Source: Gammaproteobacteria bacterium (GTDB lineage: Bacteria; Pseudomonadota; Gammaproteobacteria; UBA9214). Taken from it: a stretch of 64,000 nucleotides of DNA. The stretch's first letter is position 1. Each line of letters begins with the position of its first letter. Positions 43,587 to 55,665 of the stretch are shown one piece after another. Where the stretch lies: the NCBI GenBank assembly GCA_020344335.1, contig CP070821.1, positions 1,277,000-1,340,999 of the forward strand. Direction: 5' to 3'. The position numbers and the translations under genes were made by a program. The notes under the pieces are model-generated. The model saw nothing but the letters and a program-made list of their open reading frames with translations, ran no database searches and was not told the origin of the DNA.

Positions 43587-44207
43587 GTGACCATGCAGCA
43601 AAACCTTCCACTGGCAGACCGGATACTGGATACCGCCCTGGCAATCGCCGAAAACGGCTCATGGGAAGACCTGCAATTGCATGCAGTGGCCGCCAATCTT
43701 GATATCCCCCTCGAGCGGATCCGGGAATACTATGCGCAGAAGGACGACCTTGCCGAGGCATGGTTTGACCGTGCCGACCGGAGACTGCTTTCCTGGCAAC
43801 CGGAGGCGGAATTTTACGAGCAACCGGAGTACACACGCCTGCGGCAGGTCATCATGCACTGGCTCGAGGCATTGGAGCCGCACCACCGCATTACCCGCGA
43901 AATGCTGTACTACAAACTGGAACCCGGACATATCCACCTGCAGGCACTCGGTGTTATGCGCATCAGCCGTACCGTGCAATGGTTCCGGGAAATGGCCCGA
44001 TTGCAGGCCTCCTCACTCAAGCGCATTGTCGAGGAAACGGTGGTTACCGGGATCTACCTCGCCAGCTTCGGTCGCTGGCTGCTGGATGATTCACCACACA
44101 GAAGTGACAACACCGAATCCTTTATGGCAAGGGCGCTTGGGTGCCTGCAGCGCCGGGACAGCGCACGGAATAACGGTCCTGAAAGAAAACCGGATCCACC
44201 GGCGTGA
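43587..44207 (+). CDS. TetR/AcrR-like transcriptional regulator (tentative)
   Basis: 206 aa; the N-terminal about 50 aa (LADRILDTALAIAENGSWEDLQLHAVAANLDIPLERIREYY) resembles a TetR HTH. Confidence 0.45.
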   Translation: MTMQQNLPLADRILDTALAIAENGSWEDLQLHAVAANLDIPLERIREYYAQKDDLAEAWFDRADRRLLSWQPEAEFYEQPEYTRLRQVIMHWLEALEPHHRITREMLYYKLEPGHIHLQALGVMRISRTVQWFREMARLQASSLKRIVEETVVTGIYLASFGRWLLDDSPHRSDNTESFMARALGCLQRRDSARNNGPERKPDPPA

Positions 44208-44253
44208 CAAGCCGGCACGACTGGCAGACAACAGTACGCGGTCTTCGGCCGGG

Positions 44254-44640
44254 TCAGACCTCTTTCCCGATCAGCTCCACCTGGTAGCCATCCGGATCCT
44301 CGATAAAGGCAATGATCGTCGTACCGGCATTCATGGGGCCGGCTGCGCGAATCACCTTGCCGCCACGCTCTTTCAGTTCCTCAACGGCCTCGTAGACATC
44401 ATCGACCTCAATGGCAATGTGGCCGTAACCCTCACCGAGATCATAGTGGTCAGTGTCCCAGTTATGGGTCAGCTCGATGACGGTATTATCCGACTCATCC
44501 CCGTAGCCCACGAATGCCAGGGTGAACTTTCCATCCGGATAGTCCTGCTGCCGCAACAACTGCATACCCAGCACATTGGTGTAGAAATCGATCGAGCGAT
44601 CGAGGTTGCCGACGCGCAACATGGTGTGAAGCATTCGCAT
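44254..44640 (-). CDS. gloA: Lactoylglutathione lyase (glyoxalase I)
   Basis: 128 aa from Met 44640, [26 protein letters not shown]... near-canonical GloA. ORF reaches 44706. Confidence 0.9.
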   Translation of the reverse strand: MRMLHTMLRVGNLDRSIDFYTNVLGMQLLRQQDYPDGKFTLAFVGYGDESDNTVIELTHNWDTDHYDLGEGYGHIAIEVDDVYEAVEELKERGGKVIRAAGPMNAGTTIIAFIEDPDGYQVELIGKEV

Positions 44641-44662
44641 CCGATTACCCTCCGTATGTGTC

Positions 44663-45877
44663 TTAGGTGCGTTTCCGGCTCGAACCGATACGCAACCGCA
44701 ATGCATTCAATTTAATAAATCCCTCGGCATCCTGCTGGTCATACGCCCCGGCATCCTCCTCGAACGTGGCAATGCGTTCGTCAAACAGGCTGTCGGATTC
44801 CGAGCGGCGCCCGACCACAGTCACATTCCCCTTGTAGAGTTTCAGCCGTATGTCCCCGTTGACGTGCTCCTGCGAGGCATCGATCATCTGCTGTAACAGA
44901 CGGCGTTCCGGACTCCACCAGTAACCATTGTAGACAAGGCTGGCATAGCGCGGCATGAGTTCATCCTTCAGGTGAGCGGCCTCGCGGTCCAGCGTCAGCG
45001 ATTCCATGGCACGATGCGCCTTCAACAGGATGGTCCCGGCCGGCGTTTCATAACAGCCACGTGATTTCATGCCCACGTAGCGGTTTTCCACGATATCCGT
45101 GCGTCCCACGCCATTGGCACCACCCAGCTTGTTGAGGATCTCCATGACCGCTCCCGGGCTGGCGGACTTGCCTTCGATGGCGACGGCATCACCGTGCGCG
45201 AATGTGATCTCGATATAGGTCGGCTCGTCCGGTGCCTTTTCCGGTGCGACGGTCCATAGCCACATATCCTCTTCCGGTTCCGTCCAGGGGTCCTCGAGAA
45301 TGCCGCCCTCATAGGAAATATGCAGGGAATTGGCATCCATTGAATACGGCGACTGCTTGCCTTTCTTGTGTTCCACCGGGATACCGTGCTGCGCGGCATA
45401 TTCGAGCAGCTTCTGCCGCGAGGTCAGGTCCCATTCGCGCCACGGGGCGATAATGCGGATCTCCGGATTCAGCGCATAGGCACCGAGTTCGAAGCGCACC
45501 TGGTCATTGCCCTTGCCGGTGGCACCATGCGCAATGGCATCGGCACCGGTCTCCCGGGCGATTTCCACCAGCCGCCTGGCAATCAACGGCCGTGCGATCG
45601 AGGTGCCCAGCAGGTATTCACCTTCATAGAGCGCGTTGGCACGAAACATGGGAAAGACATAATCACGTGCAAACTCTTCCCTGAGCGTCTCGATATAGAT
45701 TTCCCGGACACCCAGAGCCTGTGCCTTGGCACGTGCCGGTTCGATCTCCTCGCCCTGGCCGATATCGGCCGTAAAAGTGACGACCTCGCAGTCGTAGGTT
45801 TCTTCCAGCCACTTGAGAATGACCGAGGTATCCAGCCCGCCGGAGTAGGCGAGGACGACTTTATTAATGGACGACAT
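44663..45877 (-). CDS. argG: Argininosuccinate synthase
   Basis: 404 aa from Met 45877; [11 protein letters not shown]-loop, full ArgG body. ORF reaches 45970. Confidence 0.93.
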   Translation of the reverse strand: MSSINKVVLAYSGGLDTSVILKWLEETYDCEVVTFTADIGQGEEIEPARAKAQALGVREIYIETLREEFARDYVFPMFRANALYEGEYLLGTSIARPLIARRLVEIARETGADAIAHGATGKGNDQVRFELGAYALNPEIRIIAPWREWDLTSRQKLLEYAAQHGIPVEHKKGKQSPYSMDANSLHISYEGGILEDPWTEPEEDMWLWTVAPEKAPDEPTYIEITFAHGDAVAIEGKSASPGAVMEILNKLGGANGVGRTDIVENRYVGMKSRGCYETPAGTILLKAHRAMESLTLDREAAHLKDELMPRYASLVYNGYWWSPERRLLQQMIDASQEHVNGDIRLKLYKGNVTVVGRRSESDSLFDERIATFEEDAGAYDQQDAEGFIKLNALRLRIGSSRKRT

Positions 45878-48548
45878 TGCTGACTTTCGCCTTTTTCCGG
45901 CTGCGGCGCAGGCGTGACAACAGGCGCCGTGCCAGGTCGCCAAACAGCTCGGTCTGGGTGGGATGGGCATGGATGGCTTCGGCTACCTGTTCCAGGGTCA
46001 GGCCTGCTGAGACCATCATAATGGCTTCACCAATCAGTGTGTCGGCATGGTCGGCCAGAAAATGCACACCAACGATCCGGTGTGTCGCCTTGTCGGCAAC
46101 CATCTTGATCATGCCATGTGTTTCATTGTTGATCATGGCCTTGGCATCGATACTCATCGGTACCTTCACCTCGACGGCATCAACCCCGTTCGCCCTGGCC
46201 TGCTCCACTGACAGACCCACAAAGGCCGCCTGCGGACGCGAGAAGATCACCCCGCAGTCCTTGTCCTGATCGTACTTCATGTTCTCGCCAACAATAGTGG
46301 TCGCGGCTACCCTGCCCTGTTGCGCCGCGGTGTGTGCCAGCATCAGACCGCCAATCACATCACCGACAGCGAAAATATGCGGCACGCTGGTGCGGCAGCG
46401 GCTGTCCGTGGTAACCACACTGCTGTCGCTGGCCACGCCGGCCGCTGCCAGGTCGAGGTCATCGAGTACCGGGCGTTTACCGGTCGCCATGATGATGTAG
46501 TCAACTGTCAGGTTGCGTTTCTTGCCGTCCGCATCGCTGTATGCGAGTTTCATGGCCCCCGGTGCCCCGCCGATCCTGCTGACAGCAGCGGAGGTTTGCA
46601 CATCCAGTCGCGGCTCGTCATTCAGTATGGCGGCCAGGGTGCCGGCGATTTCCGATTCGACCTCGGCGAGGATACGTTCCTGCGCCTCGAGCAGGGTGAC
46701 CTTGCTGCCGAAGTCCTGGAAGATCTGGGCCATTTCCACACCAATGGCCCCGGCACCGATTACCGCAAGCCTTTTCGGCGGTGCTTCCAGTGCCCACACG
46801 GTATCCGATGTCAGCACGCCGCCGCTTTCCAGCCCCTCGTGCGCGCCGGGGATCGGCGGCACGAACGGCGGTGCACCGGTAGCGATGACGGCGCAGCCGA
46901 AACTGACGACGTCTTTCCCGACCGACTCCGGGACCTCGGCACGCGTGTGCGGATCCGCCTGGTTGGTGGACTTGTTAATGGCAATATGGTGATCGTCAAC
47001 AAAACGGCCGAAGCCCTGGATATAGTTGATGCGCACACCCTTGTCGGTCTTGAGCGCCATTTCTCCCCGGGTTTCGAGTACCTTGCGACGGTGTGCCTCC
47101 AGATCCTGCCAGACCAGTTTGGCCTTGCTGGTGCCGGTCACACCGAGGCTGGCATCCTCCGCCCGGTCACGGATTCGGTCCGCCGCTGCACGCCAGGCCT
47201 TGGAAGGGATGCAGCCACGCCACAGACATTCGCCTCCCGGGAACGGGGAATCGTTGATGAGGGCAACTTTCAGCTTGTGCGCCACCAGATCACGAGCGCA
47301 GTCTTCACCGCCCGGACCGCCACCGATGACGACCACGTCGTAATCCCAGTCGCCCTCGGGAATCGCCGGACCGCCGGGACCCATCCAGTCGAATGGTTGC
47401 TCAACCAGGCCCTTCAGTGAATACAGGTATTTTGCAACATCGGCGCCAGTGACAACACGGTGGTCCGCAGTAATGGTGAAGGCACTGCCCTTCTCGGTAT
47501 TCGAGGAGATCGCCAGGATCGTGGCCAGACCCGGTGTCGCAATGGCGTCAAAGTAACTGACATCGAACATGCCCATATTGGAAATCTGGAACGTCGCCCC
47601 GGTAAATTCCTCGGGATTCAGATGGCGGGTACGGGCGCGCGCTACGAGGTCTTTCCAGTCGTTGTTGAGCTCGTCCAGTTCACGTGATTCACAGTTGCGC
47701 AGTATTGGCACCACCAGGCCACCATCATCGGCCGCGACCGCCATGCCAATATCCACCTGGTCACGCTCGATTAGCTTGTTGTCCGGCTGGTAACACCAGT
47801 TCATCCTGGGGTGCTGCTGCATGGCCAGTCCGCAGGCCTTGGCAATCGCGACGGTAACCGAGATACCTGCCTGCTTGGCCGCACTCATCAGGGTCTCGAG
47901 ATGGATATGCGAGGTCACCCGGAAGGTCGGCATCGTGATCGACGCCGCCATGGCGCGCGCCATGGCCTTTTCCATGGATTTCATCGGCCGGCCAGTACCC
48001 GGCACGGCGACTTCATACGGGGCCGGAGCACGCTGGATATCCGTTGCCGTGATCACGGCGTCCGGGCCGGAACCGGCGATGCGATCCAGGTCGGCATTCA
48101 CCAGGCCGGCAAGCTTGCGTGCCAGTGGCGAGGCCTTGCCACCTTGCGGGCGCGGCGCCGGCCGCGCGCCGGAGTTAGCCGCACGAACAGCCCCCGCAAC
48201 CGGTGTTTGTACCGGCACCGGTGCGGCATCCGCCTGCTCGGCCGGTGCGGCTTCGGTCACCGGCTGCGGGCGCTGCTCTGCCTCGCTGTCGACGACCTCG
48301 TCGGGAGATTCAACCAGGTAGCCTATGGGGTGCGTGACCGCCACCACGGTATCGACGGGCGCAATCGGTCCGGAGAGGTAGCCGTCACGAAACACTTCTA
48401 CATCCATGACCGCCTTGTCGGTCTCTACCGTAGCGACGATATCGCCACGCGCGACCTGGTCACCGATATTTTTCTCCCAGCTGACGATGACACCTTCCGT
48501 CATGGTATCGGAAAGCTGCGGCATCTTGATGACGTAGGGTTCAGCCAT
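45864..48548 (-). CDS. Fused dihydrolipoamide acyltransferase (E2: lipoyl domain, E3-binding domain, catalytic domain) and dihydrolipoyl dehydrogenase (E3)
   Basis: 894 aa continuous ORF. The E2 catalytic DHRVVTGA motif near aa 385 is followed, after a short [12 protein letters not shown] linker, by a complete E3: [15 protein letters not shown] site and the redox disulfide [13 protein letters not shown]. Confidence 0.8.
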   Translation of the reverse strand: MAEPYVIKMPQLSDTMTEGVIVSWEKNIGDQVARGDIVATVETDKAVMDVEVFRDGYLSGPIAPVDTVVAVTHPIGYLVESPDEVVDSEAEQRPQPVTEAAPAEQADAAPVPVQTPVAGAVRAANSGARPAPRPQGGKASPLARKLAGLVNADLDRIAGSGPDAVITATDIQRAPAPYEVAVPGTGRPMKSMEKAMARAMAASITMPTFRVTSHIHLETLMSAAKQAGISVTVAIAKACGLAMQQHPRMNWCYQPDNKLIERDQVDIGMAVAADDGGLVVPILRNCESRELDELNNDWKDLVARARTRHLNPEEFTGATFQISNMGMFDVSYFDAIATPGLATILAISSNTEKGSAFTITADHRVVTGADVAKYLYSLKGLVEQPFDWMGPGGPAIPEGDWDYDVVVIGGGPGGEDCARDLVAHKLKVALINDSPFPGGECLWRGCIPSKAWRAAADRIRDRAEDASLGVTGTSKAKLVWQDLEAHRRKVLETRGEMALKTDKGVRINYIQGFGRFVDDHHIAINKSTNQADPHTRAEVPESVGKDVVSFGCAVIATGAPPFVPPIPGAHEGLESGGVLTSDTVWALEAPPKRLAVIGAGAIGVEMAQIFQDFGSKVTLLEAQERILAEVESEIAGTLAAILNDEPRLDVQTSAAVSRIGGAPGAMKLAYSDADGKKRNLTVDYIIMATGKRPVLDDLDLAAAGVASDSSVVTTDSRCRTSVPHIFAVGDVIGGLMLAHTAAQQGRVAATTIVGENMKYDQDKDCGVIFSRPQAAFVGLSVEQARANGVDAVEVKVPMSIDAKAMINNETHGMIKMVADKATHRIVGVHFLADHADTLIGEAIMMVSAGLTLEQVAEAIHAHPTQTELFGDLARRLLSRLRRSRKKAKVSNVVH

Positions 48549-48605
48549 TAGGCATTGATCCTTGTTTGTATGTGGGCATCACTGCCGGCCGCAGAAGCCA
48601 TGCAC

Positions 48606-49586
48606 CTAGATGCCAAACATTTTGCGCACCGCTTCGACGACGTCATTGGCATCCGGCAATACCGCCCTTTCCAGTGCGTGGTTGTAGGGAATCGGTACAT
48701 TCAGGGCCGACACCCGGACCGGTGCGGCGTCCAGTTCGAAGAAACACTCCTCGTTGAGTATCGCCATCACCTCGGCACCCACACCGACTGCCGGCTCGGC
48801 CTCCTCGACAATGATTGCGCGATGCGTCTTGGTGACTGAATTGCGGATACCCTCGCGGTCCAGCGGGCTCAGGGCAAACAGGTCGATCACCTCCGCCTCG
48901 ATACCGTGATTTCTCGACAGCAAGTCGGCTGCCTCCAGGCACCAGTGCACGGAAATGTTGTATCCGAACAGGGTAACGTCCCTCCCCTCACGGGCGATTT
49001 CGGAACCCTCGAGGGGATGAAAATATTCCTTCTCCGGGACCTCGCCTTTCATGTTGTACATGAGTTCGTGCTCATTGATGAACACCGGGTCATTGCAGCG
49101 CACGGCCGATTTCAGCAGGCCGTAGGCCTGGCGCGGATTCGATGGCGTGACGACGCGCAGCCCGGCAATGCCCATGAACACCTTCTCCATGCGTGCCGAG
49201 TGCTGCGAGCCCAGCTGGTGCGCGGTACCTCCCGGTGCCCGCACCACGATGGGGGCAGAAAGCTGTCCGCCGGACATGTACCGTACCTTGGCTGCCGTGT
49301 TGAACAGCTGGTCCATGGCCAGCCAGGCAAAATTCACCGACATGATCTCGATAATCGGGCGCACCCCCAGGAAGGAGGCACCGATCCCCAGACCGGTAAA
49401 CCCGTTCTCGGAAATCGGCGTATCGATGACGCGCTCCTGCCCGTACTTGTCATACAGGCCCAGCGTCGCCTTGTAGGTACCGCCGACCACGCCGACATCC
49501 TCGCCCATCACAATCACCATGTCATCGTTGGCGAGCTCCTCGTCATGCGCGCGGCGCACGGCTTCCCAATACATGATTTCGTGCAT
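48606..49586 (-). CDS. 2-oxoacid (pyruvate/acetoin) dehydrogenase E1 component beta subunit
   Basis: Transketolase-like E1-beta (VIVMGEDVG ... RVIDTPISE). Preferred start Met 49586 (MHEIMYWEAV); ORF reaches 49685. Confidence 0.88.
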   Translation of the reverse strand: MHEIMYWEAVRRAHDEELANDDMVIVMGEDVGVVGGTYKATLGLYDKYGQERVIDTPISENGFTGLGIGASFLGVRPIIEIMSVNFAWLAMDQLFNTAAKVRYMSGGQLSAPIVVRAPGGTAHQLGSQHSARMEKVFMGIAGLRVVTPSNPRQAYGLLKSAVRCNDPVFINEHELMYNMKGEVPEKEYFHPLEGSEIAREGRDVTLFGYNISVHWCLEAADLLSRNHGIEAEVIDLFALSPLDREGIRNSVTKTHRAIIVEEAEPAVGVGAEVMAILNEECFFELDAAPVRVSALNVPIPYNHALERAVLPDANDVVEAVRKMFGI

Positions 49587-49587
49587 C

Positions 49588-50580
49588 TTAGGGTACTCCG
49601 CCACGGACCCAGGGGTCATTCTCCGCAAGCACGTAGCGTTCCACTCCCGATACATGCGGCTCGGGTGATTCTTCGGCAAAGGCAATCACCTCGTTCTCGA
49701 TCTGGTCGAGAATCTCGGTATCCATGTTCTTGAAGTCTTCCCGCGTCATCTTGCCTTCCTCGATCAGGCGGTCGCGCAGCATGATGACCGGGTCACGCTT
49801 GCTCCACATGCGCTCTTCTGCCCTGGCGCGGTAGGCATTGGAATCCGACATCGAATGACCGCGGTAGCGATAGGTCATGAGTTCCAGGAAATACGGCCCC
49901 TTGCCCGAGCGCACATGCCGGATGGCCCTGGTGGCGGCCTTGTAGACCAGTTCGACATCCTGGCCGTCCTCCTGGCGGGATGGAATGCCGTAGCCGGAAA
50001 CACGCTTGTACTGGTCAACGACCGCCGTGGATCGGTCGATGCGTGTTCCGATCCCGTAATGATTGTTTTCACATACATAAAGCACCGGCAGATTCCAGAG
50101 CTTGGCCATGTTCAGCGACTCGTGGAAGGTGCCCTGGTTGTTGGCGGCATCGCCCAGAAAGCAGATGCAGATTTCCTCGCCACCCTGCATCTGGATCGCC
50201 TTGGCAATGCCGGCGGCCAGCGGGAAGGGCGCACCAACCAGTGCATAGCCACCCATGAAGCGGTTCTTGACATCGAAAATATGCATGGAGCCACCACGGC
50301 CCTTGCTGACGCCGGTCTCCTTGGCGTACAGCTCGGCCATGACTTCCCTGGGATCGGCGCCCCACTTGATGGCATGGATATGATCGCGATAGCTGGTGAT
50401 CACATAATCCTTGCCAAAGTCGGCGGCTTCCAGCACACCGTGGGCACAGGCCTCCTCCCCGGGATAGAGGTGCAGGAATCCGCCGATATTGCGTTCGACA
50501 TAGGCCTCGTAGCAGCGCTCCTCGAAGCGCCGGGCAAACAGCATTTCTCTCAGCAGGCGTTTTTTTCTCTCGATTTTCAT
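49588..50580 (-). CDS. 2-oxoacid (pyruvate/acetoin) dehydrogenase E1 component alpha subunit (TPP-binding)
   Basis: 330 aa, TPP motif GDAANNQGTFHESLNMAKLWNLPVLYVCENNHYGIGT. Confidence 0.9.
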   Translation of the reverse strand: MKIERKKRLLREMLFARRFEERCYEAYVERNIGGFLHLYPGEEACAHGVLEAADFGKDYVITSYRDHIHAIKWGADPREVMAELYAKETGVSKGRGGSMHIFDVKNRFMGGYALVGAPFPLAAGIAKAIQMQGGEEICICFLGDAANNQGTFHESLNMAKLWNLPVLYVCENNHYGIGTRIDRSTAVVDQYKRVSGYGIPSRQEDGQDVELVYKAATRAIRHVRSGKGPYFLELMTYRYRGHSMSDSNAYRARAEERMWSKRDPVIMLRDRLIEEGKMTREDFKNMDTEILDQIENEVIAFAEESPEPHVSGVERYVLAENDPWVRGGVP

Positions 50581-50758
50581 TCGGCTTGGCCTGATTGTAG
50601 AGTGCCCGGGGCCTGATTACTGACGACTGAGTCCGCTCCGTGCGCAGTTTCGAAACAGGAGAAAGGCCCTCTCCCTGAATGCAGGGAGACAGCGGTATCC
50701 GAAAGACAGCAAGCGCGATATGATCAGTGTTTTGCGTTAACAGGTCAAGGCACAAAGT

Positions 50759-52276
50759 ATGGAAATCCCCTACCGGCACACAGAAAATATCAAGACAAAT
50801 CAACATACAACAGCGGCCCGCGGGAAGCATCTCGACGCCCACCGGGTAGCATTGCTGCTGTTGCCGGAGAATCCGCGCAAGCCCCATTGGGAGCAGTTAC
50901 CCCATGGATCCATCCTGAAGCGGCGCTTCCTTGCAATGAAGCGTCGTGACAAGAGCCGGAACCGGCTGACCACCGACCTGCCGAACCGCAATGCGACACA
51001 TACCCTCATACAGGCCATCGATCCGGCAGCGGACACCTTCGAGATACTCACGACGGCACGCGAGCTGGCTGCCGCGGTACGCGAACACGATCCGGCGGCA
51101 GTTCTGGTCCAGGTCACGGGGTTTGCATCGGCCACGAGCGAACGCCTGGTCGAGAGCCTTGTGACCGCCCTGCTGTCCGTGGCCTGCCCGATGCCCAGTT
51201 TCAAGAGCGAGCCAGCACCTGCCGCAAGACTAAACCGCATCGAAGTCTACGGGCTGGAGGAGAAAACCGATCTGGCCGCCGTCCGGGCGGAAGTCATTGG
51301 TAACCACCTGGCACGCTGGTTGTCCGCGCTGCCGTCGAGCGAACTCACGCCGACGAGCTATCGGGAATTCGTGAAGACACTGGCCGGCAGGGAGGGCTGG
51401 CAGATGAACTTTCTGGACACGAAGACACTGGCGCGAAAAAAGGCCGGTGCCTTCCTCGCCGTCGCACAGGCCAGTCCGGTTGCCGACGCCGGCATCATCC
51501 GCTTACGTTACCGGCCCCCAACGCGCGGTGGCAGACGCCTGGCCCTGGTCGGCAAGGGCATCTGTTTCGATACCGGCGGTGTGAATGTAAAACCGGCACG
51601 CCACATGAATGGAATGCATGAAGACATGCAGGGCAGTGCTGTCGCACTCGGCACCCTGCTCGCACTGAGCCGTCTGGAAACAGCACATCCGGTCGACTGC
51701 TGGCTGGCACTTGCCCAGAACCACATCGGCAGCAAGGCCTACAAGCCGAACGATGTGGTGACGGCCAGCAACGGAACCACCATAGAAGTCATCCATACCG
51801 ACGCCGAGGGACGCATGGTACTGGCCGACACCCTGGTGCAGGCCAGCAAGGAGAAACCGCACACCCTCATCGATTATGCAACCCTGACCGGTGCCTGCAT
51901 CTATTCGCTGTCATCCCGCTACAGCGGTGTATTCAGCAACCGGCCGGCACTGCACGCACCCCTGATTGCCGCCGGGCAGGACAGCGGTGAGCGTGTCTGG
52001 CCATTCCCGCTCGACAAGGATTTCGATGAATCCATCAAGTCAACCATTGCCGACACCAAGCAATGCACCCTCGAAGGTGATGCCGATCATATACTCGCCG
52101 CGCGGTTTCTCAGCCGCTTCGTGGATACAGACATTAACTGGATCCACGTAGACCTGTCCGCGAGCCATCACAAGGGCGGCCTGGGACACATCCCGACCGA
52201 TACGACCGGATTCGGGGTGCGCTTTTCGCTCAATCTGCTGAGACAGCAGGGCGTGCTGGAGAAAACATGGAACTGA
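50759..52276 (+). CDS. M17 leucyl aminopeptidase family protein
   Basis: NTDAEGR-type active-site motif ([13 protein letters not shown]) and Zn/Mn ligand pattern. The roughly 60-aa basic N-terminal extension may mean the true start is downstream. Confidence 0.75.
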   Translation: MEIPYRHTENIKTNQHTTAARGKHLDAHRVALLLLPENPRKPHWEQLPHGSILKRRFLAMKRRDKSRNRLTTDLPNRNATHTLIQAIDPAADTFEILTTARELAAAVREHDPAAVLVQVTGFASATSERLVESLVTALLSVACPMPSFKSEPAPAARLNRIEVYGLEEKTDLAAVRAEVIGNHLARWLSALPSSELTPTSYREFVKTLAGREGWQMNFLDTKTLARKKAGAFLAVAQASPVADAGIIRLRYRPPTRGGRRLALVGKGICFDTGGVNVKPARHMNGMHEDMQGSAVALGTLLALSRLETAHPVDCWLALAQNHIGSKAYKPNDVVTASNGTTIEVIHTDAEGRMVLADTLVQASKEKPHTLIDYATLTGACIYSLSSRYSGVFSNRPALHAPLIAAGQDSGERVWPFPLDKDFDESIKSTIADTKQCTLEGDADHILAARFLSRFVDTDINWIHVDLSASHHKGGLGHIPTDTTGFGVRFSLNLLRQQGVLEKTWN

Positions 52277-53319
52277 CCATGCTTCGGCCGGATGACTGGC
52301 ACCTGCACGTGCGTGACGGTGCAGCACTGGCGTCAGTCATCCCGCATACTGCATACCGGTTCGGTCGCGCCATCATCATGCCCAACCTGTCAGTGCCGGT
52401 CACCACTACGGAACAGGCACTGGCCTACCGGGAACGCATCCTGGCGGCCGTACCCGATGCTTCCGGTTTCATTCCCCTGATGACGCTGTACCTGACGGAC
52501 AACACCACCGCGGAGGAAATCCTGCGCGCCAAACAAAGCGGTCATGTATACGCGGTCAAGCTCTACCCGGCCGGTGCGACCACGCATTCCGATGCCGGCG
52601 TTACGGACATCCGCAATACCCATGCCACACTGGCGGCCATGGAGGAACATGGTCTGCCGTTACTGGTGCACGCGGAAAGCACGGACCCGGATATCGACGT
52701 ATTTGATCGCGAGGCCGTCTTCATCGACCGTCACCTGCAACCGCTCGCGGAAAAGTTTTCCCGGCTGAAAATAGTCCTCGAACACGTAACGACACGCGAG
52801 GGTGTGGATTTTGTCACCGGATCCCCTGACACGGTGGCAGCAACCATCACGGCGCACCACCTGTTGCTGAACCGCAATGCCCTGTTCAGCGGCGGCCTGC
52901 GCCCGCACGCCTATTGCCTGCCGGTGCTGAAACGCGAACAGCACCGTGCCGCACTGGTCAGTGCCGCGACCGGTGGCAACAGGAAGTTTTTCCTTGGAAC
53001 CGACAGCGCGCCCCATCCGAGAGACGCCAAGGAGTCCGCGTGTGGCTGCGCCGGTATCTATACCGCGCACGCGGCCCTGGAACTGTATGCCCAGGTGTTC
53101 GAGGCAGCGGGCGCACTCAACCGGCTGGAAGGGTTTGCCTGCCGGCACGGTCCGGACTTCTACGGCCTGCCGTACAACACCGACACGATTACGCTGCAAA
53201 AAACCGACTGGCAGGTCCCCGATCATTACCCGCTGGGTAATGCAAGCCTCGTCCCGCTGTTCGCGGGTGAGACCCTGCACTGGCAGGTGAGCACCCAGGC
53301 ACCGCTACCCGGTCAGTAG
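52267..53319 (+). CDS. pyrC: Dihydroorotase (class II, E. coli PyrC type)
   Basis: 350 aa; [12 protein letters not shown] ... AIIMPNL ... LVHAE ... FLGTDSAPH; alignable end to end with E. coli PyrC. Confidence 0.92.
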   Translation: MELTMLRPDDWHLHVRDGAALASVIPHTAYRFGRAIIMPNLSVPVTTTEQALAYRERILAAVPDASGFIPLMTLYLTDNTTAEEILRAKQSGHVYAVKLYPAGATTHSDAGVTDIRNTHATLAAMEEHGLPLLVHAESTDPDIDVFDREAVFIDRHLQPLAEKFSRLKIVLEHVTTREGVDFVTGSPDTVAATITAHHLLLNRNALFSGGLRPHAYCLPVLKREQHRAALVSAATGGNRKFFLGTDSAPHPRDAKESACGCAGIYTAHAALELYAQVFEAAGALNRLEGFACRHGPDFYGLPYNTDTITLQKTDWQVPDHYPLGNASLVPLFAGETLHWQVSTQAPLPGQ

Positions 53320-54233
53320 ACACGCTTCAGCGAATAGCCGCGCTGGCCGAGCAGGCTCAGCAATCCCTGTTCACCTGGCAGGTGCAACGCACCGACCGCA
53401 ACAAAGGCCCTGCCGGCCTCGAGGTGTTCCTGCATGCGCTCCAGCATGCGCAGATTACGATCGATCAGCAATTCCTGCTGGAACATATGACTCAGTTGCG
53501 GGTCACCGGTCTGCAGGGAGGCTTCATTGATTGCCATCATCTCCCGGAGGTCCTGTCGTTTCCAGGCATCGAGCAATGTCCTGTGCATCACGGCGATCTG
53601 GTCATGGTTTTCAACCGTATCTTTCAGCAGGGCCACCTGGTCCTCTATCTTCATGCCATCAAAAATACCCAGTTGCTCCTGGATGGTTTCCAGTCCGTAC
53701 ACCGGTTTGCCATCTGCCATGGCCTGCTGGTAAAGAGAGTAATCAAGCACCACACCGGTCTCCGGGGCGGGCATTGCCAGGTTTATGGCAACCGCCCAGG
53801 GCTTCATGTGTTCAAGTACAACTTCGGATACCCCGTGCGCCTCCATGAGTGCGGCCGTCCTGCGGAACAGCATACTGCCCAGCAGTTCCGATAATTTTCT
53901 CCCGTCCATCATCAGCATGGCGGTACTGGCATAGGCCATGGAGTCCATATCCATCATCACTTCCAGTACGACCCGCCGTGCGCCGGAAAAGGACTGCCTG
54001 ACGGAAGCTGACAGGGCGAGAACCCCGGGGTCTTCTGAGTGGATGGTGCCGAACAGGTAGCTGCTCTCGGCTCCGGGCCTGCTGATCTCCCACAACAGCC
54101 CGTGATCCCGCGGTTCCTCAGCGATTACCGCGGCAGACAAATACAGGAAGACCAGGCACAGGAAATTACGCAACAGCCACGCTATCGGGTTACGCTGGAC
54201 AAGCATGTTTCCGGCCCTGACATTCATAAGCAA
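53313..54233 (-). CDS. TraB/GumN family protein
   Basis: 306 aa with signal peptide and GTIH motif ([23 protein letters not shown]) characteristic of TraB/GumN/YbaP. Confidence 0.7.
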   Translation of the reverse strand: MLMNVRAGNMLVQRNPIAWLLRNFLCLVFLYLSAAVIAEEPRDHGLLWEISRPGAESSYLFGTIHSEDPGVLALSASVRQSFSGARRVVLEVMMDMDSMAYASTAMLMMDGRKLSELLGSMLFRRTAALMEAHGVSEVVLEHMKPWAVAINLAMPAPETGVVLDYSLYQQAMADGKPVYGLETIQEQLGIFDGMKIEDQVALLKDTVENHDQIAVMHRTLLDAWKRQDLREMMAINEASLQTGDPQLSHMFQQELLIDRNLRMLERMQEHLEAGRAFVAVGALHLPGEQGLLSLLGQRGYSLKRVY

Positions 54234-54338
54234 TATTGACTCTCCCGTACTTCTACCACAGCATCACCGACCTTGCGACTGCCCGTAGCAGATTGTACTT
54301 CCTTCCCAAGGGCCGGCCGGTTCCGGTATGCTGTACCG

Positions 54339-54989
54339 ATGACAAGCACCGATTCTGCACCCGCAATTGCGAAACGCTTTCGCGGCTTCCTGCCCGTTGT
54401 AGTCGACGTCGAAACCGCCGGCTTCAATCCAAAGAAGGACGCCCTGCTGGAAATCGCTGCGGTAACGCTGAAAATTGACGGCCACGGTCACCTGCAACGA
54501 CAGGAAACCATTTCCTGCCATGTAGAGCCGTTCCCCGGTGCCAATCTCGACCCGGAGTCACTGCAGTTCACCGGTATCGACCCCTATCACCCGTTCCGCA
54601 TGGCCAAGCCGGAACTGGAAGCACTGGAGTCGGTTTTCAAACCGGTTCGCAAGGCGATCAGGGAAGGTGGCTGCAACCGCGCCATCCTGGTCGGACATAA
54701 CTCTTCGTTCGATCTTTCCTTTCTGAATGCGGCGATTGAGCGCACCGGAATAAAGCGCAACCCGTTCCATCCGTTCAGCACCTTTGACACGGTTACGCTG
54801 GGAGGTCTGGCCTACGGTCAGACCGTGCTGGCGCGCGCGGTCCAGGCAGCCGGCTTTGACTGGGACAGCGAGAAGGCCCATTCCGCCGTCTATGATACGG
54901 AACGAACTGCCGACCTTTTCTGTACAATAATCAATCAATGGCACGATTACAGTGGCGGCATAACTTCGTTGTCTTCTCGGGCTGTTTAA
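54339..54989 (+). CDS. rnt: Ribonuclease T
   Basis: 216 aa DEDDh exonuclease ([31 protein letters not shown]). ORF begins at 54273; Met 54339 is preferred. Confidence 0.9.
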   Translation: MTSTDSAPAIAKRFRGFLPVVVDVETAGFNPKKDALLEIAAVTLKIDGHGHLQRQETISCHVEPFPGANLDPESLQFTGIDPYHPFRMAKPELEALESVFKPVRKAIREGGCNRAILVGHNSSFDLSFLNAAIERTGIKRNPFHPFSTFDTVTLGGLAYGQTVLARAVQAAGFDWDSEKAHSAVYDTERTADLFCTIINQWHDYSGGITSLSSRAV

Positions 54990-55002
54990 CAGGTAACAGA
55001 TC

Positions 55003-55557
55003 ATGACGACCACACCCGAACTCACCGAGCAGATCCTGCAATCACACTCCGGGCTGATCCATCGGGTGGTTATGCACTGCAATAATCCCGGCTCGGTACC
55101 CGACATGGAGGAAGTATTGCAGCAGGCCGAGGAAAACGAGTGGACCCGGCTGGTTGCGGCGATCCGTGACATCATGTCGGGTAACCGGGACGAATCCATA
55201 CTGCTCGGTCTTGATGATGAAGACCGGGTCATTATCGAGTCTATCCTGCGGGGCTTGCAGGATCCGGGCACCCTGCCTGATTTACAGGCCGACTTTGATT
55301 CGGACATGGCAGCGCCCGGAATTGCCGGGCTGATTCATGCATCCCGGAGCGGTAATGCACAGGCCCTGCATATTATCGCCAACATGGCCAAGCAGATGCT
55401 GCAGGTCGGTGGCGACATGGGGATCCTGGCGGGACGTATACGCCCGCTGGTCGAAGGGGAGCGGGATGCCGGCAAGCTGTCAGAGAACATGACCGAGAAA
55501 GGCCAGAAACTGATCACGGACATCCTTGAAGAACTGCTAAAACTCGAGGGCAGTTAA
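55003..55557 (+). CDS. Hypothetical acidic cytoplasmic protein
   Basis: 184 aa, no family recognised; located between rnt and grxD. Confidence 0.4.
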   Translation: MTTTPELTEQILQSHSGLIHRVVMHCNNPGSVPDMEEVLQQAEENEWTRLVAAIRDIMSGNRDESILLGLDDEDRVIIESILRGLQDPGTLPDLQADFDSDMAAPGIAGLIHASRSGNAQALHIIANMAKQMLQVGGDMGILAGRIRPLVEGERDAGKLSENMTEKGQKLITDILEELLKLEGS

Positions 55558-55665
55558 TCTCTTTTCAGGAAGACACTGTTCCGCGAGCAGGCAACCTCAC
55601 GGAAAAAAGCACCATAACACGGTCAGTCACAGCCCCGCAGTGAGCCGATGGAAACCGGCAAACCG

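Noticed and set aside
45864-48548. Possibility that the E2-E3 ORF is simply two genes merged by the ORF caller.
   Set aside because: The reading frame is continuous with no stop between the E2 DHRVVTGA region and the E3 GGGPGG start, so it is reported as a fusion. A sequencing indel cannot be excluded; see the findings.
50581-50758. Short inverted repeat CTCCCTG-aatgc-AGGGAG in the divergent promoter region between the E1-alpha gene and the M17 peptidase.
   Set aside because: Only a 7-bp stem with no flanking conservation evidence. It could be a regulator site or chance.
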